Shown here: positions 56,706 to 64,000 of the stretch, piece by piece
Layout of the letters: each line of letters starts with the position of its first letter
Position numbering within the stretch: the first letter of the stretch is position 1
Assembly: GCA_041946735.1 (NCBI GenBank)
Contig: JBHGAY010000011.1
Location: forward strand, 32,001-96,000
Source of the DNA: Candidatus Eiseniibacteriota bacterium
GTDB lineage: Bacteria; Eisenbacteria; RBG-16-71-46; CAIMUX01; VGJL01
DNA length: 64,000 nucleotides
Direction: 5' to 3'
The notes under the pieces: model-generated
Seen by the model: only the letters and a program-made list of their open reading frames with translations
What the model was told of the DNA's origin: nothing
Database searches by the model: none
Translations under genes and position numbers: made by a program

Positions 56706-57452
56706 TTACTTTCCGGCGGCGCTCTTCCTGTGGTCCATCAACCCGCCCCACCAGTCCTTGTAGAGGAAGCAGTCATCCGGAGCGCCGAGCATCTGGCGAA
56801 AGCGGGCCGGAGACACCGTGAAGGTGAGGATCTCCGGCGGGAGGTACTTGCGCATCGCGATGTCGGTCGCCCCGATGACCGGGTGGTCCTCCCCATCGTA
56901 GAAGACCTCGCGCCACAGGTGCCCGCATCCCGAGCTGAACGGGGCCGATACGAGACGCGTGTCCGGCGACCAATAGCCGGCGAGCGTCATCAGCGCGCCG
57001 AGGCGATCCGGATCGACGAGGAACGTGACCGTCCGCACCGCATCCCATTTCTCGGGACGGAGCGGTCCGAGCAGCACAGTCTCTCCGCGGACCGCAGGTG
57101 GCACGGCGCGGTCGAGGAATGCCTGCGCGATCTCCGCCGAGGCGCGAAGCCCCTCGCCCGGCGGGGCCCCCACTCCGTCGGTCAGGAAGTGCGCCATCGT
57201 GTCCGGATAGCTCTTCTGCAACCCGAGCGCCCGTTGGGCGCCCGGGCAGCCGAACGATCCCTTGCGAATCACCGCCGTCTCGCCGGCGATCCAGCGATCG
57301 TAATAGGCGAAGCAGCAAGCGTGCCCCTTCACTTCGATGCACGGCGCGAACCCGTCGTCCGGCTCCGTGTCGTAGACCGCCAGGATCGGCGTCGTCAGGC
57401 GCAGGCTCTTCCTAAGGCGCTCGATGCTCGGGCCGTCGATTCCGCTTTGCAT
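56706..57452 (-). CDS. DUF169 family protein
   Basis: ACCF, FGCPG, APFSSGC, VIGATDIAMRK; GAGGAGG RBS. Confidence 0.75.
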   Translation of the reverse strand: MQSGIDGPSIERLRKSLRLTTPILAVYDTEPDDGFAPCIEVKGHACCFAYYDRWIAGETAVIRKGSFGCPGAQRALGLQKSYPDTMAHFLTDGVGAPPGEGLRASAEIAQAFLDRAVPPAVRGETVLLGPLRPEKWDAVRTVTFLVDPDRLGALMTLAGYWSPDTRLVSAPFSSGCGHLWREVFYDGEDHPVIGATDIAMRKYLPPEILTFTVSPARFRQMLGAPDDCFLYKDWWGGLMDHRKSAAGK

Positions 57453-57802
57453 GACCGGTCCCTCCTCCTCCTCGTCGATCCCTCTCCTCGTCCATCCCTG
57501 CGACCGGGCCGTCGCCCCGGCCGTTCGTCTCGCCGTCCACCGGAAGGCGGATCTCTGTCGGTCTCGCGTCTGTCCACTGTTGCGTGCGTGCCCCGTCGTT
57601 ACATCGAGCCGACCAGGCGACGGTAGCGCAGGGGCCGGGCGACGGTCCATCGGACGGCGCCGGCGCCGGCGCTGGCGCCTTTGCGCCGCCATCGCCCGGA
57701 CGCCTGCCACCGCATCTGGGTGGACCCGCGCGCGCGGATTCCTTTCTCGCGACTCGGAGATCGCGCGATAATCCGGCGTCCGCGACGCAGAGGAGGGGAC
57801 GA

Positions 57803-58195
57803 ATGGAGAGGATCTTCTTCGGGCTCGGCTGCCTGTCGGCCGGCATCGGTGTGGCGATGGGAGCATTCGGCGCGCACGCGTGGAAGGAGAGGCTCGGTCC
57901 CGTCCTCGGAGCGACGTTCGAGACGGCCGCCCGCTACCAGCTGATCCATGCTTTGGCGCTTCTCGCGGTCGGGCTAGCTCTCGCCTCCGGGCGGTTCGGT
58001 CCGCAAGCGCGACTGGTCGCGTCCGGATGGCTCTTCGTGGCGGGAACGGTCCTCTTCTGCGGGAGCCTCTACCTGCTCTCGATGACCGGCTCGCGCTGGC
58101 TCGGCGCCATCACCCCGCTGGGCGGCCTCTGCTTCCTGGCCGGGTGGGCGATCCTCGCCTGGAGCGCCCTCTCGGGCGGCGCGCCGTCCCGCTGA
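57803..58195 (+). CDS. DUF423 (YgdD) membrane protein
   Basis: GAFGAH, YQLIHAL, FCGSLY, GAITPLGG. Confidence 0.93.
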   Translation: MERIFFGLGCLSAGIGVAMGAFGAHAWKERLGPVLGATFETAARYQLIHALALLAVGLALASGRFGPQARLVASGWLFVAGTVLFCGSLYLLSMTGSRWLGAITPLGGLCFLAGWAILAWSALSGGAPSR

Positions 58196-58237
58196 GGACG
58201 TGACGACCCCGCCGCCCGAGCCGCGGGCGAATCGGGG

Positions 58238-58732
58238 TCAGCGCAAGAGCGATTCGATCACCGCCCGGTGTTGCGGGAACTTGCGGATCAGCTCCTCCCG
58301 CTCCGCGAGCTCGAAGTCCATAGGATCGAACCCGGGCGAGGTCGTGCAGCCGACGAGCGCCCAATCGCCGCCCTCGGCAATGCGCGCGGCGAACCAGAGC
58401 CCGGCCTCGACGACGACGATCAACGACTCGCCGGCGTCGATGTTCGGGCCGAGACGCCTCTTCTCCAGCGTTCCGTTCGGGTGCAGCACATGGAGGACGA
58501 TCGGGTCGCCGCGGTAGAAGTGCCAGATCTCGTCGGACGCCAGCCGGTGGAACGTCGAGAAGGTGGTGCGGTCGAGAAGGTAGTAGATCGCAGTCGCGAT
58601 CGATCGCGTCCCTTCGAGCTTCCCGGGATGCTTGTCGATGGTCAGCCGGGAGCGATACACCTCGCGGAACCATCCCCCCTCGGGATGCGGAAGGAGCTGG
58701 AGCGAGTCCATCCACTTCTTGGCGCTTTCCAT
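58238..58732 (-). CDS. Cupin_5 (DUF985) protein
   Basis: LLPHPEGGWFRE, TAIYYLL, HRLASDEIWHFY, SPGFDPMDFELA. Confidence 0.93.
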   Translation of the reverse strand: MESAKKWMDSLQLLPHPEGGWFREVYRSRLTIDKHPGKLEGTRSIATAIYYLLDRTTFSTFHRLASDEIWHFYRGDPIVLHVLHPNGTLEKRRLGPNIDAGESLIVVVEAGLWFAARIAEGGDWALVGCTTSPGFDPMDFELAEREELIRKFPQHRAVIESLLR

Positions 58733-58789
58733 GAGCCTCCTCCTGTCTGCCGCAACTTCTCCCCGTAGGGATGGCGAAAGGTCCCGACC

Positions 58790-61126
58790 CTATCGACGCC
58801 GCGCCGGCCGCCGCCACGCCGCCCCTCGCCGGCCACTCCGCCCCGCCGCTCCCCGCTTGCCCGCCTTGCTTCCGATCCAGCGATCCAGCCAGGCGGCGAT
58901 GCGGCGCAGTCGCTCGATCCGGCGGTCGGGACGTCCGTCCCGGCTCATCCCGTGCGACTCCTCAGGATACCGGTGGAACTCGACCGGCACCCCCCGCGAG
59001 CGCAGCGCGGCGTAGAGCTGTTCCGCCTGCTCGATCGGGCACCGGTCGTCGCGCTCCTGATGCTCGATCAGGGTCGGCGTCTTCATCGCGTCCGCATAGG
59101 CGATCGGCGACATCGCGAGCCAGTGGGCCGGGTCGCTCCAGGCAGGCCGCCCTCCGAAGATCCGGTGCCAGTGATAGCCGAAGTCGCTCGTTCCCGCAAA
59201 GCTCATCAGGTTCGTGACGCTCCTTTGTGTCACGGCGGCGGCGAAGCGGTCGGTATGGCCGAGGATCCAGTTCGTCATATAGCCGCCGTAGCTGCCGCCA
59301 CAGACCGCGAGGCGGCGCCGGTCGATCTGCGGATAGCGGGCGAGAACCTCGTCGGTGAAGTCCATGAGGTCGGAGTAGTCCAGGCGGCCCCAGTCATCGT
59401 GAATCGCCGCCAGATGCTTCTCGGAGTAGCCGGTGCCTCCGCGCGGGTTGCAGTAAAAGACCGCATAGCCGAGCCCGGCCAGGAACTGGAATTCGTGAAA
59501 GAAGATGTTCCCGTACTGGGTGGCAGGCCCGCCGTGAATGTACAGGACGCCGGGAATCTTGCCTGGCGTGCGCGCGGTCGCGCCCGCCTTCCGGCCTCCG
59601 GCTGCGCGGCGAGCGAGGCCCGCGCCGCTCCGGCCGCCCGCGGCGCGGTCGGGCAGGAGCACCCATCCCTGGAGCTTCGCTCCTCCACGGCCGCGGAACC
59701 ACAGCTCCTCCGGAAGAGCGATCGTTCGCGCGCGCATCCAAGCGCTCCAGCGCGTCAGCGGCTCGAAGACGGAACCTTCTTGCGGCGCGGCGCCGGTCTC
59801 TTCCGCGCCCGCGCCGGAAGCTGCCGCAGCGCGCCGCCGGCGCGCCGGGCTCCGGCCGGGCGGGGGCGGCACGATCCGGTACAGCTCGCCAACGGTGGAT
59901 GGACCGGCGAACGTCGCGTAGACCGCAGGGTGTCGCCAGTCGATATCGAAGTGAAGGATCGCCCCCTTGTGGTCGATGACGCGTGCCGGCTTGCGATCGC
60001 GCACGTTCACTCGCCACAGCTCGTCGTTCCCCTCATTCGACACGAGGAAGTAGATCCACCGGCCGTCGGGAGACCAGACCGGGGGCAGGATGCCCAGCGC
60101 TCCGAAGCAGTCGCCGATCACGCTGCGATCGCAAAGACGGTCGAGCGAGTCGGTGAGCGGGACCGGGCGGCCGCCCGTCGCGGGAGCGACCCATAGCTTC
60201 ACGAAGCGCAGATCCCAGGCGAGGCTCGGATCTTCCCGCCCCATGAAGGCGATCCTTTCGCCGTCCGGGCTCAGAGAGAACTCCCCGCAATAGCCGTCGA
60301 GCAGGCGCACGCGCTCGATCGGGCCTCCGCGCGCGGGCATCCGCCAGATCTGCGAGCGCTCGAAGTCCATGTCGGGGTCGGCCGTCCGGTTGCTGTTGAA
60401 GTAGATCCACCGGCCGTCCGGAGAGAAGACCGGAATGTTTTCGGCATAACGATCGTCGCGCGTCAGCTGATGGGTCTTGCCCGACGCGACCTCGACTGTC
60501 CAGACGTGAGGGCGGCCGGGCGGCAGGAAACCGCCTCCATCGACCTTGTACAAGAGGCGATCGATCACGCGGACCCGCGGGGCATCCTGTCCCGGCTCGC
60601 CGCGCTTCTTGCGCTCCTCGCGCTCCTTCGCTTCCGGATCGGGCGAGGAGAAGACGAAGACGAGGCTCCGGCCGTCCGGGTGGAACTGGAGCCAGGAGAT
60701 GCCGCCGCCGAGCTTCGTGAGCTGCCGCGCCTCTCCCCCGTCGGTCGGGACGATCCAGATCTCCGTCTTGCCCGAGCGGTCGGATAGGAAGGCGAGGCTC
60801 TTGCCGTCGGGCGAGAAGCGGGGGGAGGTGTCCATGCCGCTGCCGCTCGTGAACGGCCGGGGAGCGCCAGCGCGGCGCGCCGCGCGTGCGGGCGACAGTC
60901 CGGCGCTTTCTCTCGCTCTGGCCGCGGCTCGGGCTCCGGCGCCGACTCCGGCTCCGGCACCGGCCGCCGCTCCCGTCGGGACCATCCAAATCTGGCTCCG
61001 CCGCTTCAGCTTTTCCGAATCGTTCTGCATCACGACGACGGCGGCCCAGCTCCCATCCGGAGAGAGGACGCACTCCCCCGGCAGCGACATCTTGTAGATG
61101 TCTTCGGCACGGATCCTTCCTGGCAT
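58790..61126 (-). CDS. S9 family peptidase (acylaminoacyl peptidase/DPP with PD40 propeller)
   Basis: IHGGP, NPRGGTGY, GGSYGG, DDRCP, ESHG catalytic triad; SPDG repeats. Confidence 0.93.
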   Translation of the reverse strand: MPGRIRAEDIYKMSLPGECVLSPDGSWAAVVVMQNDSEKLKRRSQIWMVPTGAAAGAGAGVGAGARAAARARESAGLSPARAARRAGAPRPFTSGSGMDTSPRFSPDGKSLAFLSDRSGKTEIWIVPTDGGEARQLTKLGGGISWLQFHPDGRSLVFVFSSPDPEAKEREERKKRGEPGQDAPRVRVIDRLLYKVDGGGFLPPGRPHVWTVEVASGKTHQLTRDDRYAENIPVFSPDGRWIYFNSNRTADPDMDFERSQIWRMPARGGPIERVRLLDGYCGEFSLSPDGERIAFMGREDPSLAWDLRFVKLWVAPATGGRPVPLTDSLDRLCDRSVIGDCFGALGILPPVWSPDGRWIYFLVSNEGNDELWRVNVRDRKPARVIDHKGAILHFDIDWRHPAVYATFAGPSTVGELYRIVPPPPGRSPARRRRAAAASGAGAEETGAAPQEGSVFEPLTRWSAWMRARTIALPEELWFRGRGGAKLQGWVLLPDRAAGGRSGAGLARRAAGGRKAGATARTPGKIPGVLYIHGGPATQYGNIFFHEFQFLAGLGYAVFYCNPRGGTGYSEKHLAAIHDDWGRLDYSDLMDFTDEVLARYPQIDRRRLAVCGGSYGGYMTNWILGHTDRFAAAVTQRSVTNLMSFAGTSDFGYHWHRIFGGRPAWSDPAHWLAMSPIAYADAMKTPTLIEHQERDDRCPIEQAEQLYAALRSRGVPVEFHRYPEESHGMSRDGRPDRRIERLRRIAAWLDRWIGSKAGKRGAAGRSGRRGAAWRRPARRR

Positions 61127-61356
61127 TCGCAACCCCCTTCCCGAGCGATGGCGATGCGGACGTACGGCGGCCGCCGACGAGCGACGCGGCGAACAGTCCC
61201 ACGCGGCGCGCGGCAGCATCGTGCCGGCCCCGGGCGAGTGTAGGCTCGCCGCCCGGCGAGCGCCACGCAAACCGGCCTTTTCCGCCGCGGCTCGCCCTGC
61301 CAGCCGCTGCTTGCTCCTTCGCGTCTCCCTTTCGGCTCGTCGGCGCCGGTCGCATA

Positions 61357-62676
61357 ATGGTCCGCGTGCCGGAAGAAAGCGCAGCAAGGTCGGGCGGGGC
61401 CGATCTTTCCGAAGAGGCGTTGTCGCGCGCCCTTGATGGGTTGCGCGCCCTCGTCCTCGGCGGCACCGGACTGATCGGCTCGCACGTCGTTCGATCGCTC
61501 ATCCGGCGCGGGGTGCGCGTGCGGGTGCTGTCCCGAACGGGAGCGCCGGGCCCCTCCCTCGAAGGCGTGGACGTGGAGATGGTCCGCGGAAGCCTCGAGC
61601 ATCCCGCCTCGGTCGAGACGGCTCTCGACGGATGCGACCTCCTCTTTCACGCAGCCGCGCCCTATCCGACGCGCCACTTCGGGATGCAGGGGCACGTCGA
61701 TCGGGCCGTTGCCGGCATGGAAGCGCTGCTCGATGTCGCGCGCTCGCGTGTGCCGCCGGAGCTTCTCGCCTACCCGCTCCGCCGGGCGGAGCAGGTCGCG
61801 CTCGAGCAGGCCGAGATGGGAGCGAAGATCGCGCGCGTGCAGCCCGAGCGACTCGAGGAGATCCGGAGGGCGGTGCGCGACCCCGAGCTGCTTTCGCTGG
61901 CCGAAGCGGGACGGTTGAACGCCTCGCTCCACCCGCCCCTCGAAGCCTGCCGCCCCCTCGCCGGCTTGAAGCGGATCGTCTACACGAGCAGCCTGACGAC
62001 GATCGGCCGCGCGAGGGGCACCGAGCCCGGCAGCCCGCGACGGCGTGATTCGCGCGAGGAGGACTTCTACGACCTCGCCCCCGATCCTTCCCCCTACTTC
62101 GCATGCAAGCGGCTGCTGGAGACGATCGCCTTGCGCGCGGCGAACGAGGGGCTGCCGCTGGTCGTGGTGAACCCGACCCTCGTGGTCGGCGAGGGAGACT
62201 CGCATGGGACCACCGCGCGCTTGATCCTGCCGGTCGCGCGCGGGCGAGTACCCTTCTACCTCGCCGGGGCGATCCAAGCTGTCGCGGCGGGTGACGTCGG
62301 AGAGGGAGAGGTGCGCGCAGCGGCCTTCGGCAGGACGGGACAGCGCTACATCCTCGGCGGGGATGCGATCGGCGGCCGGCGATTCCTGTCGATGATCGCC
62401 CAGGCGGCCGGCCGGCGCGGGCCGTGGATCCCGCTTCCCTGGTGGATCGTCGAGCCGTTCGCGTATGCAACCGAGGTCATCGCCCGCCTGCGCGGCGACG
62501 TCTGGCCGGCGCTGCCGGTCCATGGGATCAAGATGCTGCGAGAAGCCCCGCTGGTGGATCCTTCGCGGAGCCGGACGGAACTCGGCGCGCCACATACCCC
62601 CGTGCAGGAGGCGATACGGCGCGCCGTCGAGTGGTTCCGAGAGCGGGGGACGTTGCCGCGGCCGCGCGGCCGTTGA
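61357..62676 (+). CDS. NAD-dependent epimerase/dehydratase (HpnA/dihydroflavonol reductase-like) with an internal insertion
   Basis: GGTGLIG, FHAAA, VYTSS, YFACK, VVVNPT, GQRYILGG; start uncertain. Confidence 0.82.
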   Translation: MVRVPEESAARSGGADLSEEALSRALDGLRALVLGGTGLIGSHVVRSLIRRGVRVRVLSRTGAPGPSLEGVDVEMVRGSLEHPASVETALDGCDLLFHAAAPYPTRHFGMQGHVDRAVAGMEALLDVARSRVPPELLAYPLRRAEQVALEQAEMGAKIARVQPERLEEIRRAVRDPELLSLAEAGRLNASLHPPLEACRPLAGLKRIVYTSSLTTIGRARGTEPGSPRRRDSREEDFYDLAPDPSPYFACKRLLETIALRAANEGLPLVVVNPTLVVGEGDSHGTTARLILPVARGRVPFYLAGAIQAVAAGDVGEGEVRAAAFGRTGQRYILGGDAIGGRRFLSMIAQAAGRRGPWIPLPWWIVEPFAYATEVIARLRGDVWPALPVHGIKMLREAPLVDPSRSRTELGAPHTPVQEAIRRAVEWFRERGTLPRPRGR

Positions 62677-62737
62677 CATGGCGGCGCGCCGCTGTCGCTC
62701 GCGCCGTTGTCGCCGGCCGCCGCCCCCGTTCGCGAGG

Positions 62738-63235
62738 TTATCGCCGGCCGCCGTCCCCTGGACGCACCCGGCCGGTCGGATCATAGTCAGACGTCGGATT
62801 CGTGACCCCGGGCGAGATCCCGTGCGTGCGAGACTCGCTCCGGCGGCTCGGACTCGAGCCGATCGCGATCTCGTCGTCCGGCTCCCAGTACGGCTGCATG
62901 CGATAGTAGTCGTGGATGTCTCGGGACCATTGCGGGTCCGCCATGTCGGGCCAGTCGTCCTTGTCGAACCCGGGCGCTCTCTCGAGAATCTCCTTGTCGA
63001 CGTTCAGCAGGAACGCATGCTCCTCGGGGAGCAGCTGGAGAGCTTTCCAGGGGATCGCGAACAGCTTGTCTCCCATACCGAGGAAGCCGCCAAACGACAG
63101 GACGGCGTATGCGATGCGCCCTCTCTGCGTGTCGAACATGATCTCCTCGATCTTGCCGAGTGTGTCTCCCGCCGGGTTTCGCACTTTGTCGCCGATCATG
63201 GTGCTCGCTGAAAGAACTCGTGCGTCGCTCTTCAT
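62738..63235 (-). CDS. PRC-barrel domain protein
   Basis: LSASTMIGDKVRN...GRIAYAVLSFGGFLGMGDKLFAIPW...APGFDKDDWP. Confidence 0.93.
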   Translation of the reverse strand: MKSDARVLSASTMIGDKVRNPAGDTLGKIEEIMFDTQRGRIAYAVLSFGGFLGMGDKLFAIPWKALQLLPEEHAFLLNVDKEILERAPGFDKDDWPDMADPQWSRDIHDYYRMQPYWEPDDEIAIGSSPSRRSESRTHGISPGVTNPTSDYDPTGRVRPGDGGRR

Positions 63236-63730
63236 CGCCTCCTCCTTTCGCTGTCTTTCGCTGTCTTTCGCTTTCCGTCGCTTCGATTTGACTCCTCAAG
63301 ACCGAACGTATCGTTCCGCCTCGCCGAGGAGAAGTTCCACGCGATGAAGAAAGTTTCAGGCGCGGAACCGGCCACGTGAAACGCGCCGCAGTCGACGGTG
63401 TCGCACGACGGTTCTCGACGAAGGTTTTCGGCGAGGGAGGGCCGCCTCCCTGCGATTGGCGGTCCGCCTCCGGCTCGCGGGCTGTACGATTCGAGCAGGG
63501 GTCCTAGGGACTCGGACGTTTCGACTCGGCGGCCGTGCCGCATTTGCGACACTCCGAACATTCGATGGACGTTCGAGCAGCGGCCGCAACTCCGCGGTCC
63601 GCGCGTTCGAGTACAGACCGCAGGCGGGCTGCATCCTGGAAGACAGGCGCGGGCCGCATCGCCTGGAAGACAGCGAGCGGCACGCCGGCCGAGCCGCATC
63701 GCGATCACAGGCGGCAACCGGGAGGCGACG

Positions 63731-63889
63731 ATGGACGTTCTGCGTGTGATCTTCGCGATCCTGCTCCCGCCGCTTGGCGTCTTTCTCCAGGTCGGCCTGG
63801 GAAAGCAATTCTGGTTGAACGTTCTTCTGACGTTGCTCGGATACATCCCGGGGATCGTCCATGCCATCTGGATCATCGCCACGCGGTAA
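63731..63889 (+). CDS. YqaE/Pmp3 family membrane proteolipid
   Basis: AILLPPLGVFL...LLTLLGYIPGIVHAIW; GGAGG RBS. Confidence 0.95.
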   Translation: MDVLRVIFAILLPPLGVFLQVGLGKQFWLNVLLTLLGYIPGIVHAIWIIATR

Positions 63890-63970
63890 CCCGCCCGGCG
63901 CTCGAGTCCCGGGAATGGGGGTGCGTCGCGGCCGGCGGCCGCGGCAAGGCGAGCTCGAGAGGACGAGCCG

Positions 63971-64000
63971 ATGAAGCATGTGCTGGGCGAGGTCTGGGAT
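63971..64000 (+). CDS. Possible start of a CDS truncated by the window edge (MKHVLGEVWD...)
   Basis: GAGG RBS followed by ATG and an open frame to the window end; too short to identify. Confidence 0.35.
   Translation, partial: MKHVLGEVWD

Overview
High-GC bacterial genomic window with about 48 CDSs and no rRNA, tRNA, CRISPR array, integrase or transposase. Secreted proteins ending in FlgD-Ig-like tails suggest an FCB-group or Eisenbacteria-like lineage (inference only). Most genes are housekeeping or metabolic: acylating aldehyde dehydrogenase, P5C dehydrogenase, GTP-PEPCK, ddl, efp, gdhA, tag, and M1/M28/S9/M23 peptidases. Other modules are a translationally coupled spermidine-synthase/ArnT/Maf/squalene-synthase/SDR/Lrp operon, a lower-GC MBOAT acylation islet, a nitric-oxide module (NnrR-like regulator, perfect NnrR-type box, DUF1858, NnrS, qNor) and gdhA followed by two PPDK_N-only proteins. 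The best candidate for an undescribed system is a three-gene cassette at 34441-38537. It encodes a highly divergent sigma-like protein, a membrane-anchored Lon(S16)-type Ser-Lys protease domain with an extracytoplasmic FG-GAP-like propeller, and a soluble zinc-finger (HxxxCxxC) anti-sigma-like protein. This resembles the CalpL-CalpT-CalpS protease/anti-sigma/sigma logic, but with a surface sensor and no CRISPR. All calls come from reading motifs by eye; no searches were run.
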